Of a stretch of 64,000 bases of DNA, positions 55,101 to 64,000 are shown piece by piece; the first letter of the stretch is position 1, and each line of letters opens with the position of its first letter. The notes beneath the pieces are model-generated. The model was not told where the DNA came from. It saw nothing but the letters and a program-made list of their open reading frames with translations, and made no database searches. The DNA is from an uncultured Chloroflexia bacterium. Lineage in GTDB: Bacteria; Chloroflexota; Chloroflexia; Thermomicrobiales; UBA6265. The stretch spans positions 19,092-83,091 of the forward strand of contig CAVUJM010000007.1 in NCBI GenBank assembly GCA_963741795.1, given 5' to 3'. The translations under genes were made by a program, and so were the position numbers.

Positions 55101-56051
55101 ATGGCAACCACCAACGCGGTCAGCACCGCCTCACCCTCGCCACTGGTGAAACGACGACGCTTCTCCATGACCAAAGAGGAGAGAAAGAGGCTCTTCCTGG
55201 GGCTCATCTTTATCTCGCCCTGGATCATCGGCTTCCTCGCGTTCTTGCTCTACCCCATCTACTACACGGTCCACCTCAGCTTCACGCAGTACGGCGGCTT
55301 CGGGGACCCGGTGTGGATCGGGCTTGACAATTATCGACGTATGTTCGACGACAACGTCTTCCGCACATCGCTGTGGAACACCCTCTACTACACAGCGTTC
55401 GCGGTCCCGATCGGCGTCGTGGTGGCGATGGCGCTCGCGCTCGCGATGAACCAACCGGTACGAGAAATCCCGATCTACCGCACGATCCTGTTCCTGCCAT
55501 CGGTGCTCCCGTTGTTCGCGGTGTCGTTTATCTTCATGATCCTGCTTGATCCCCGCCAGGGCATCATCAACGAGTTCCTGCGCCGCCTCGGCGCGAGTCC
55601 GCCAAGCTGGTTCAGCGACCCCGACTACGCGAAGCTCGGCATCGTGATGATCGCGCAGATGGGCGCCGGTCAGGTCGCCCTGATCTTCCTTGCCGGGTTA
55701 AGGGGCATCCCGACACATTTGTATGAGTCGGCCATGCTCGATGGCGCGGGTTGGTGGAACCGCTTCCGCAAGATCACCATTCCGCTGATGACGCCGATCA
55801 TCCTCTATGACCTGATCCTCGGCATCAGCCTCGGGCTGCAGGTCTTTACCCAGTCCTACATCATTACCCAGGGTGGACCGGCAAACTCCACCAACTTCAT
55901 GGTGTTCTACATGTACAACAATGCCTTCCGGTACGGCGGCCAGATGGGGTATGCCTCGGCAATCGGCGTCGTAATCTTCATCCTCACGTTCATCATTGCC
56001 GGACTCGTCTTCTGGACATCCAACAAATGGGTGAACTACGACCTCAACTAG
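55101..56051 (+). CDS. Carbohydrate ABC transporter permease
   Basis: WIGLDNY, EAA-like loop LYESAMLDGA, MGYASA. Confidence 0.93.
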   Translation: MATTNAVSTASPSPLVKRRRFSMTKEERKRLFLGLIFISPWIIGFLAFLLYPIYYTVHLSFTQYGGFGDPVWIGLDNYRRMFDDNVFRTSLWNTLYYTAFAVPIGVVVAMALALAMNQPVREIPIYRTILFLPSVLPLFAVSFIFMILLDPRQGIINEFLRRLGASPPSWFSDPDYAKLGIVMIAQMGAGQVALIFLAGLRGIPTHLYESAMLDGAGWWNRFRKITIPLMTPIILYDLILGISLGLQVFTQSYIITQGGPANSTNFMVFYMYNNAFRYGGQMGYASAIGVVIFILTFIIAGLVFWTSNKWVNYDLN

Positions 56052-56080
56052 CACGGGCACCGAGCGGGAAGGAGTGACTC

Positions 56081-57004
56081 ATGGCGGTAACCACGTCGGC
56101 CCCAGAAAACGAAATCATTGAGGCCCACGGCGAGCACCTGTATCAGCCGAGGCGAGCGAAGAAGGACAAGTACGTCCGTATCTTCAGCCAACGATTCTTA
56201 CCCAGGATCTTCCTCATCCTGATGTGCACGTTGTTCATGCTTCCCTTCTACTGGATGGTCGCGACGGCGCTGAAGGGGAATCTGGAGCTCGCGGCGTACC
56301 CGCCCACCCTGATTCCTCATTCACCGGACTGGAACAACTTCGTGCGCGCCACGGAAGCTTTCCCGTTCTGGCGATACGCCTGGAACACAACGTTCATCAC
56401 CGGTCTGTCGATCCTGGGCGCGGTCATCTCCAACACGATCGTGGCGTATGGGTTCTCCCGTATCGATTGGCCCGGGCGCGACAAGGTGTTCTTCTTCGTG
56501 CTGGCGACGGTGTTCGTGCCCGCCCCGGTCCTCTATATCGCCCTGTTTGACATCTTTGCCCAGTTCAACATGATCGACACCTACTGGCCACTGATTCTCC
56601 CGCTCTGGTTCGGAAACGCGTTCTGGATCTTTCTTATGCGTCAGTTCTTCCTTCAAATCCCGAAGGATCTTTCGGATGCCGCGCGACTCGACGGCGCAAA
56701 CGAGTTCCAGATATTTGGCCAGGTCATCCTGCCAATCGCCCGGTCGGCGGTCGGCGTGGTGGCGATCTTCGCGGCCGTCGGCGCATGGAACGACTTCATG
56801 GGCCCGCTGATCTACCTGCAGAGCGGGACGAAGTACACGCTCTCGATCGGCCTGACGTTCTTCCAGCAGGCAAACGCGCGGGACATCCAGTACAACCTCC
56901 TGATGGCCGCATCGGCGCTGATCGTGCTGCCCGTCATCGCCCTCTTCCTCTCGTTCCAGCGCGCGTTCACGGAGGGGATCTCGGTCGCCGGCCTGAAGGG
57001 GTAG
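56081..57004 (+). CDS. Carbohydrate ABC transporter permease
   Basis: LMRQFF, LSDAARLDGA, WNDFMGPL. Confidence 0.93.
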   Translation: MAVTTSAPENEIIEAHGEHLYQPRRAKKDKYVRIFSQRFLPRIFLILMCTLFMLPFYWMVATALKGNLELAAYPPTLIPHSPDWNNFVRATEAFPFWRYAWNTTFITGLSILGAVISNTIVAYGFSRIDWPGRDKVFFFVLATVFVPAPVLYIALFDIFAQFNMIDTYWPLILPLWFGNAFWIFLMRQFFLQIPKDLSDAARLDGANEFQIFGQVILPIARSAVGVVAIFAAVGAWNDFMGPLIYLQSGTKYTLSIGLTFFQQANARDIQYNLLMAASALIVLPVIALFLSFQRAFTEGISVAGLKG

Positions 57005-57053
57005 GCTTCCTTCACAACGGATTCGATTGGGGGTACATTCGCCCCCGAAGCAG

Positions 57054-57084
57054 GGAGATGGCCGGTGCGAGACCGGCCATCTCC
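57054..57084 (+). terminator. Intergenic hairpin before the mannosidase gene
   Basis: GGAGATGGCCGGT-gcgag-ACCGGCCATCTCC. Confidence 0.55.
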
Positions 57085-57146
57085 ACGACGACGCACCGTT
57101 GCGTCAGACAGTCCGGCCGCGTGAAGGCTGGCGAGAGGAATTGGGT

Positions 57147-60100
57147 GTGGAAGACTTCCGCAAATTTGACGAACGACGACTCGAGCGCCAGGCCCGCTGG
57201 CTGCCGGAGCTCCGCGCCTGGCGCAACGCCATGGTCGCGCCGATCGACGCCTGGACGTTCACCGCGCCCGACGGCACGACCACCGGGCTGCACCGCGGCG
57301 ACGCCTGGCCGATCGTGGAGCATCACCGGCCAGCGCGGTTCTCCGCCGAGGTCACGGTGCCCCAGGCGTGGGCCGGGTTGCCGGTCGAGCTCCAGCTTTG
57401 GCTTGGTGGCGAAGGCTTCTTCACCGTCACCCCGGGCAAGCAGTACGGCCTGAACCCGTTCCACCAGGATTTCCGCCTGGCGGACAGCGCCGAGGGCGGC
57501 GAAACCTACCAGATCGACGCCGAGGTGATGCCGAAGGGCATGTTCGGGACCCACGTTGATCACCCCTCCATCGGGCGCGCCTTCATCGCCGTGCCGCACG
57601 ACGCGGTGCGCGAGCTGGAGATCGACCTTCACCTGCTGATCGCGACCGCGAAGGTCCTCAAGGACCACGAGATCATGCCGCACCTGCTCGATCTCGTTGA
57701 CGACGCCTACGCCGTCATCGCGCCGTTTTGGCCGACGAGCACCGAGACGGCAAAGACTCGCCTGATCTCCGGCGATACGCTCGGAGGCAACAGCTACGCC
57801 ACCGGCCAGGGCGACTACGGTCAGCCTGGATACAAGGGGCACCTCGTGCTCCCGCGCGTGCTGTGGCACCACGACGGTCCCACGGGCGAGCTCCAGATGC
57901 TGTCGCAGGAGGCGCTCGACGCCTGCGGCACGGCCCGCGAGATGATCGCCGAGCGGCTGGACGCGCTGCGCGAGAAGTACCCGCCGCAGGGCAACATCCT
58001 GCTCTCCGGCCACGCGCATATCGACCTCGCCTGGCTGTGGCCGGTCGCCGAGACGCGCCGCAAGGCCCGCCGTACGTGGTCGAACCAGCTCCGGCTGATG
58101 GAGAAGTACGACGACTTCGTGTTCAACCAGTCGTCGGCGCAGGCCTATGCGTGGATCGAGAAGGACGACCCGGAGCTGTTCGCGGCGATCCAGCAGGCCG
58201 TGAAGGATGGCCGCTGGGAGCCCGTCGGCGGCAGCTGGGTCGAGCCGGACAGCCAGGTCAGCGGCGGCGAGGCCTATGTCCGCCAGCTTTTCTACGGCCA
58301 GCGCTATTTCGAGCACGCCTTCGGCATCCGCAACGCGACCGCCTGGCTGCCGGACGTCTTCGGCTTCTCCGCCGCGGTACCGCAGATCCTGCTCGGTGCC
58401 GGCATCGAAAACTTCTTCACGATCAAGGTGACCTGGAGCGAGGCGAACGTCTTCCCCTACGACCTGTTCATGTGGGAGGGCATCGACGGCAGCAAGGTGC
58501 TGACACACACGTTCAACAACCCGGACGGCGGCTACAACGGCCTGATCGAGCCGAACGCCACCTTCACGACGTGGAAGAACTTCGTCGGCAAGCGCTGGCA
58601 CGACCAGACCTTGCTCTCCTTCGGCTGGGGCGACGGTGGCGGCGGCCCGAGCGAGGACATGCTCGAGAAGTACGACCGCCTGAAGGACTACCCGGTGCTG
58701 CCGCGGCTGGAGATGGGCAAGGTCGAGGACTTCTTCGCCAGCCTGCCGGTCGAGGGCATCCCGACGTACGTCGGCGAGCTCTACCTGGAGCTGCACCGCG
58801 CGACGCTGACCACCCAGGCCGCGACAAAGTACCTCATGCGCCAGGGCGAGCACCGGCTCGCGGAGGCCGAGGCCTTCGCCGCGCTCGGCACGCTGGACGG
58901 CCGCGACTTCCCGTTCGAGACGCTCGACGCGAAGTGGCAGGACCTGCTCTACAACCAGTTCCACGACGTCCTGCCGGGCTCCTCCATCAAGGAGGTGTAC
59001 AAGGACACCGTGCCGCAGCTCACCGAGGTCACCGAGACGGCGATGAGCGTGCGCGACGAGGCGATTGTCACCCGCGCCGGCAGCGGCGAGGGGGCCTACG
59101 CGATCGCCAACCCATCGCTGGAGGCCCGCCCGTTGACGGCGACCCTGCCGGGCAACGCCTCGATCACCGGGGTCCACCAGCAGGCGGTCGAGGACGGCAT
59201 CCTGATCCACAACCCGGCCGAGATCCTCGGCGGGTTCGAGACGCGCGTCCTCTCGAACGCCGGTGAGGGTTCGCACTCCGAAGCGGCATCCGAGGCTGTC
59301 AGCGCGACGGCGGCCGGTAACGGCTACACGCTCGAGAACAGCGTTGTCCGCGTCGAGATCGGCGAGGACGGCACCCTGCACAGCGTGTTCGACAAGCGCG
59401 CTGGTCGCGAGACGCTGAAGGAGCGCGGCAACCAGCTCTGGGCCTACGTTGACCGCCCGCGTGCCTGGGATGCGTGGGACATCGACGAGACCTACGAGGA
59501 GATCGGCGAGGAGATCACCGCCGTCGACAGCATCGAGCTTGTCGAGGACGGTCCGCTGCGTGTCGCCGTCCGCGTGACCCGCTCGTGGCGCAATTCGACG
59601 TTCGTGCAGACCTACCGCCTCATGTCGCAGTCAAGCCGGGTCGATATCAAGACCCAGATCGACTGGCACGAGCGCATGATGCTGGTCCGCGCGGTGTTCC
59701 CGACCACGATCCGCACGCACGAGGCCGTCTTCGAGACGATGTTCGGCGTGCACAAGCGCGTGACGCACCGCAACACGACCTGGGAGCGCGCCCGCTTCGA
59801 GGTCAGCGCGCATCGCTTCGTCGATCTCTCCGAGCCAACCTACGGCGTGGCCCTGATGAACAACGGCAAGTACGGGCACAGCGCCGTCGATGGTGTGCTC
59901 GGCATGAGCCTGGTGCGCGGGTCGCTCTACCCGGACCCGACCGCCGACGAGGGCGCGCACGAGTTCACCTACGCGTTCTTCCCGCACACCGGTGACTGGG
60001 TCGACGCGGGTGTGACGTATGAAGCGAAGGCGCTGAACGCGCCGCTGATCGCCGTGCCGGTGGCCGAGGATGCGACGGCGTCCGCGCCGTTCGTCGAAAA

Positions 60101-60350
60101 CGAAGGCGTCCGGCTCGGATTCGGGGCGCTGAAGAAGGCGCACGACCGCGACGGCCTGACGTTGCGCGTCTATGAGCCGCACGGCATCCGCGGCGAGGCG
60201 TCGCTGGTCTTCGATCGGCCGGTGAAGGCGGCGAACCGCACGAACCTGCTGGAAGAGGACGCCGAAGGCGCCGACATTCGCGTCGAGGGCGAGCGCGTCA
60301 CCTTCGAGGTGCGGCCGTTCGAGATCGTGACGATGGTCCTGGAGTTCTAG
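57147..60350 (+). CDS. Alpha-mannosidase (GH38)
   Basis: GHAHIDLAWLW, WLPDVFG, GWGDGGGGP, GELYLELHR, NQFHDVLPGSSI. Confidence 0.95.
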   Translation: MEDFRKFDERRLERQARWLPELRAWRNAMVAPIDAWTFTAPDGTTTGLHRGDAWPIVEHHRPARFSAEVTVPQAWAGLPVELQLWLGGEGFFTVTPGKQYGLNPFHQDFRLADSAEGGETYQIDAEVMPKGMFGTHVDHPSIGRAFIAVPHDAVRELEIDLHLLIATAKVLKDHEIMPHLLDLVDDAYAVIAPFWPTSTETAKTRLISGDTLGGNSYATGQGDYGQPGYKGHLVLPRVLWHHDGPTGELQMLSQEALDACGTAREMIAERLDALREKYPPQGNILLSGHAHIDLAWLWPVAETRRKARRTWSNQLRLMEKYDDFVFNQSSAQAYAWIEKDDPELFAAIQQAVKDGRWEPVGGSWVEPDSQVSGGEAYVRQLFYGQRYFEHAFGIRNATAWLPDVFGFSAAVPQILLGAGIENFFTIKVTWSEANVFPYDLFMWEGIDGSKVLTHTFNNPDGGYNGLIEPNATFTTWKNFVGKRWHDQTLLSFGWGDGGGGPSEDMLEKYDRLKDYPVLPRLEMGKVEDFFASLPVEGIPTYVGELYLELHRATLTTQAATKYLMRQGEHRLAEAEAFAALGTLDGRDFPFETLDAKWQDLLYNQFHDVLPGSSIKEVYKDTVPQLTEVTETAMSVRDEAIVTRAGSGEGAYAIANPSLEARPLTATLPGNASITGVHQQAVEDGILIHNPAEILGGFETRVLSNAGEGSHSEAASEAVSATAAGNGYTLENSVVRVEIGEDGTLHSVFDKRAGRETLKERGNQLWAYVDRPRAWDAWDIDETYEEIGEEITAVDSIELVEDGPLRVAVRVTRSWRNSTFVQTYRLMSQSSRVDIKTQIDWHERMMLVRAVFPTTIRTHEAVFETMFGVHKRVTHRNTTWERARFEVSAHRFVDLSEPTYGVALMNNGKYGHSAVDGVLGMSLVRGSLYPDPTADEGAHEFTYAFFPHTGDWVDAGVTYEAKALNAPLIAVPVAEDATASAPFVENEGVRLGFGALKKAHDRDGLTLRVYEPHGIRGEASLVFDRPVKAANRTNLLEEDAEGADIRVEGERVTFEVRPFEIVTMVLEF

Positions 60351-60378
60351 GTTCCAGCGACAATCGCGAGGTGACCGA

Positions 60379-60401
60379 GGGGAGCGGCAGTACCGCTCCC
60401 C
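60379..60401 (+). terminator. Hairpin downstream of the mannosidase gene
   Basis: GGGGAGCGG-cagta-CCGCTCCCC. Confidence 0.55.
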
Positions 60402-60427
60402 GTCCCGTCGGTTTCGCATGTGTCGCC

Positions 60428-60452
60428 GTACCGCCCGCCCTCGTGGCTGGCG
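60428..60452 (+). repeat. Single GTAC-tagged REP-like palindrome
   Basis: GTAC-CGCCCGCC-ctcgt-GGCTGGCG. Confidence 0.6.
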
Positions 60453-60572
60453 TCGCGGTCAATAGCTCCTTCACAGGAGGCGGGATCACACGGTCGTTCC
60501 GAGCAGCGCCTTATCGGGCGGTGGTACCATCCAGGACAGACTGACCGTACGCCCTCACGCCCGGGACACCCA

Positions 60573-62306
60573 ATGCCGCTCTCCCGTATCCCACGCCCGC
60601 GACCAACCTGGATCGAGCCCGAGCCGATCCCGGACGATGTCGGCCTGCTCGCGCTTCATCCGCACCGGCTGGTCGCCTCCCTCCTCTATCGGCGTGGCAT
60701 CCGCACTCCGGAGGATGCGGCGGCCTTCCTCACGCGTCGCGAGCCGGATGCGCTGGAGCCGGACCTCCTGCCGAACATGCGCGAGGCGCTGACCCGCACG
60801 ACGACGGCGATCAACAACGGCGAAATGATTGGCATCTTCGGCGACTACGATGCCGACGGCGTGACCTCGACGACGCTACTGACGCGCGCCCTGCGCTCCG
60901 CTGCCGGCGAGGACAAGGTCGTGCCGTTCGTGCCGGACCGCGTGGATGGGTACGGCGTGAGCGAGCGCGGCGTGCGCATGCTCGCCCAAACCGGTTGCGC
61001 GCTGATGATCGCCGTCGACTGCGGGAGCAACGACGTCGAAGCGGTCGCCCTGGCGCGTGGCTTGGGCATGGACGTCATCATCCTCGATCACCACGCGCTC
61101 AACGGCGACGGGCCGGAAGGGGCGATCCTCGTCTCCGCGCAGCTCCGCCCGGACGGCATCTACCGCGAGCTGACCGGCGTCGGCATCGCCTGGCTCTTCG
61201 TGCTCGGGCTGATGGAGCGCGGCTACGACATCACCCGGCTGGAGAACGGCGACGCGGGCAGGCTGCTCGACCTGGTCGCGCTCGGCACCGTCGCGGACGT
61301 CGGGGCACTGAAGGGGGCGAACCGGGCGCTCGTCGGTCATGGCCTCCACCGGCTGCGGGCGGCGGAGCGGCCGGGCGTCCGCGCGATGCTCCGGCACGGA
61401 CAGATGGAGCCGGCGGCGATCACGGCGGATCGCATCTCGTTCGGGCTCGCGCCGCGCCTCAACGCGGCCGGACGCGTCGCCTCGGCATCCGCGGCGCTGG
61501 AGTTGCTTCTCACGGATGACCGCGACCTCGCCGACCGCCTCGCCATGCAGCTCGAGCAGTGGAACCAGCAGCGCCGGGAGCGGACGGACCACATCCTCGC
61601 GGAGATCGCGGCGACGATCCTCGCCACGCCAGGCTGGGCGGAGAAGCCCTTCCTCGCGCTCCATGGACCGGACTGGGACAAGGGACTCGTCGGCCCGATC
61701 GCGGCGAAGATCACCGAGCGCCTCGGCGTGCCGGCGGTCATCATGCAGGAGCAGGACGGCGTCCTCTCCGGCTCCGGCCGCTCGGTGCCGGGCGTGAACC
61801 TGCTCGAAGCGCTGCGCGCCGCCGACGGGCTGATGACGCGCTACGGCGGTCACTCCGGCGCGGCGGGGCTGACCCTCCCGCGCGAGCATCTCGACGCTTT
61901 TACGGCGGCGGTCACCGATGCCGTCCGCGCGCAGGGCGTACCCCTCCCGCAGCCCCCGGCACTCCAGCTCCATGCCTGGCTGCCCGAGGTGGCGCAGCAG
62001 GTCAGCATCGTCGAGGCGCTGGAGCACCTCGAGCCATTCGGGCAGGACAACCCGCTGCCGATGTTCGGCGTGCAGGGAGCGCGGATCCTCGACATCCGCA
62101 CGATGGGCCGAGAGAAGCAGCACCTGAAGATCAGTGTCGGCGGACGGCGGCGCGGCCTGGACGCGATCCTCTGGGGCGGTGCGGCCCGCGCGGCCGAGCT
62201 TCGCGGCGCGGCCAATGTGGACCTGGCCGGGACGCTGAGCGTGAACACCTGGAACGGTGTCAAGCGCCTCCAGATGATCCTCGCCGACTTCCGCCGCGCG
62301 TCCTGA
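60573..62306 (+). CDS. recJ: Single-stranded-DNA-specific exonuclease RecJ
   Basis: GDYDADG, VDCG, LDHH, LGTVADV, PRLNAAGR, GSGRS, GGHSGAAG. Confidence 0.95.
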   Translation: MPLSRIPRPRPTWIEPEPIPDDVGLLALHPHRLVASLLYRRGIRTPEDAAAFLTRREPDALEPDLLPNMREALTRTTTAINNGEMIGIFGDYDADGVTSTTLLTRALRSAAGEDKVVPFVPDRVDGYGVSERGVRMLAQTGCALMIAVDCGSNDVEAVALARGLGMDVIILDHHALNGDGPEGAILVSAQLRPDGIYRELTGVGIAWLFVLGLMERGYDITRLENGDAGRLLDLVALGTVADVGALKGANRALVGHGLHRLRAAERPGVRAMLRHGQMEPAAITADRISFGLAPRLNAAGRVASASAALELLLTDDRDLADRLAMQLEQWNQQRRERTDHILAEIAATILATPGWAEKPFLALHGPDWDKGLVGPIAAKITERLGVPAVIMQEQDGVLSGSGRSVPGVNLLEALRAADGLMTRYGGHSGAAGLTLPREHLDAFTAAVTDAVRAQGVPLPQPPALQLHAWLPEVAQQVSIVEALEHLEPFGQDNPLPMFGVQGARILDIRTMGREKQHLKISVGGRRRGLDAILWGGAARAAELRGAANVDLAGTLSVNTWNGVKRLQMILADFRRAS

Positions 62307-62517
62307 GCCATCGTCTCCTCGGATTGCTATGGTCTGAATCTGGCGTCATTCCCATCGGGATGGCCTGCCTGTGCTCGCTCGGCGCACCCGAATCAATGCG
62401 CGGGTATGGCGGACGTGTCTATCGCGACATCTTTGTCTCAGGAACACGACGTCACGTCTTGCAGAGACACAGACTCCTCGACCAGCTGACCGCGATGAAC
62501 GTGTCAAGAGAACCATC

Positions 62518-62557
62518 GTACCGCCGCACATCGCGGCCGCGACCGGGTGCGGCGGTA
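62518..62557. repeat. GTAC-family REP-like hairpin with extended loop
   Basis: GTAC-CGCCGCAC-(17 nt)-GTGCGGCG-GTA. Confidence 0.65.
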
Positions 62558-62816
62558 GGAGCCAGAGCACGTGTTGGATGCACGCTGGTGAGCATCCAAC
62601 ACAAGACACGATAGAGACGACACCCAAGGACGACACGATCCGCGATGATGCAGGTCTGCGATCCCCGAAGCGCACTGCATGCAGAAAACACCCCGATAAA
62701 CAGCGGATCGCGGCCCGGTATATGCGAAGGATGTGCTTACCATATATCTATCTGTGATGTCTGAAAGGGGGTTTCTGGGTTGCAGGTCTGCTCGTCGGAT
62801 GTGAAAGGGTGGAGAG

Positions 62817-63752
62817 ATGCAACAGGGGGTTGCGACGGCGCGCGCCGACGCGTCATCCCCGCAAGGGGAGAGGGAATTCACGCCGAACCGACGGTCGTTT
62901 GGCGCTCGCATCAGTAAACACCGGTTTGAGATCCTGATGGTGTTGCCATTCCTGGCATACATCCTCTACTTCATGTTCATCCCGGTGCTGCAATCGATCT
63001 ACTACAGCTTCGTCGGAGAAGGGACGTCCAGCTTCACGCTGGACAACTACCGGACGATCATCGACCGGAGCCAGTTCAACGACGCCTTCGTGAACACCCT
63101 CGGCATCACGGCGATCGGCGTGACGCTGGAGATGGTGATCGGCCTCGGCATCGCGTTCATGCTGTCCCGCGAGTTCAGCGGGCGCGGCATCTTCCGCTCC
63201 ATCGTGCTGATCCCGATGGGCGTGCCGACGATCGTTGCCGGCGCGGCGATGCTCTACATCGTCGGCTTCAACGGGTACCTCAATCGGTTCCTGCTCGATC
63301 TCGGGATCATCGATGTCCCGGTGTACTGGCAGCAGAGCGGTATCCGCGGCATGTTTGCCATCGCCCTCGCCGATCTCTGGAAAGCGCTGCCGCTGGTCGT
63401 GCTGATCCTTCTGGCGGGGCTCGAGAGCATCCCGGGTGATGTCTACGAGGCGGCAGGCGTCGATGGCGCGAACGGGTGGCAGAAATTCCTGCACCACACG
63501 CTGCCATTGCTGATGCCGTCGATCACGATGGCGCTGATCCTCCGCGCGATCGATGCGTTCCGCATCTTCGACATCGCGATGGTGCTCGCCGGCCAATCGA
63601 TCCCGGTGATGAGCTCGTTCGTCTACTTCGACTACCGCGCAGGGAACACGAATACGGCATCCGCGGCAGCGGTCATCCTCCTGATGATGATCGTGGTCTT
63701 CGTGATCGCCTACTTCTTCCTTGTCGAGCGCCGGGGAGGTGACGATCGATGA
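62817..63752 (+). CDS. Carbohydrate ABC transporter permease
   Basis: FTLDNY, ADLWK, VYEAAGVDGA, IDAFRIFD. Confidence 0.92.
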   Translation: MQQGVATARADASSPQGEREFTPNRRSFGARISKHRFEILMVLPFLAYILYFMFIPVLQSIYYSFVGEGTSSFTLDNYRTIIDRSQFNDAFVNTLGITAIGVTLEMVIGLGIAFMLSREFSGRGIFRSIVLIPMGVPTIVAGAAMLYIVGFNGYLNRFLLDLGIIDVPVYWQQSGIRGMFAIALADLWKALPLVVLILLAGLESIPGDVYEAAGVDGANGWQKFLHHTLPLLMPSITMALILRAIDAFRIFDIAMVLAGQSIPVMSSFVYFDYRAGNTNTASAAAVILLMMIVVFVIAYFFLVERRGGDDR

Positions 63753-64000
63753 GCTCCGCAGAGATCGCGGCCGCAACGCCGCAATACGAGGAAAAATCGC
63801 GGCTCCGAAAGATATTCACGCCCGGGACGGTGATCTTCTGGGCGCTGGTGGCCATCATCTCGGTGATGCTGCTGGTCCCGCTGTACATCCTGATCAAGGT
63901 CTCGGTGAGTTCCCTGGCGCAGGCCACCGCGCCGCGCCCAAGCTACCTGATCGAAAACCCGACGTGGGAGAACTGGAACCGCCTTGCGAACTGGGACACC
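63749..64000 (+). CDS. Carbohydrate ABC transporter permease (partial, runs off window)
   Basis: GGAGGTGA RBS, ATGA overlap; TM helix LLVPLYILIKVS then PTWENW. Confidence 0.8.
   Translation, partial: MSSAEIAAATPQYEEKSRLRKIFTPGTVIFWALVAIISVMLLVPLYILIKVSVSSLAQATAPRPSYLIENPTWENWNRLANWDT

Overview
A high-GC bacterial chromosome segment of mostly housekeeping genes. Gene content and Tat/AQ-type secreted proteins suggest Chloroflexota, probably Thermomicrobiales (inference). It holds a complete F0F1 ATP synthase operon followed by murA, a complete mrpA-G antiporter operon, mnmA, a dnaA lacking dnaN or a visible oriC, ppa, lon, murI, recJ, cyoE, mscL, ugd, glycosyltransferases, a GlnA4-like gamma-glutamyl ligase with an SDR, and two carbohydrate ABC clusters (one with a GH38 mannosidase). 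I found no rRNA, tRNA, CRISPR array, prophage or transposase. Two patterns are not explained by the gene list. (1) Many intergenic gaps carry REP/REPIN-like palindromes tagged GTAG, GTAC or CGTC. Stem sequences vary but the fold is conserved (tag + 8-bp stem + 3' bulged T; strand-specific C-GNA-G triloops), with four-hairpin and nested composites and no mobilising enzyme in the window. (2) There are eleven frameshifts in ten genes, including dnaA and atpH. Ten are +1, and most read as two alternative alleles written side by side, pointing to a mixed-strain consensus artefact rather than pseudogenes. Starts were adjusted by eye to RBS-supported codons; family calls come from motif recognition, not database searches.
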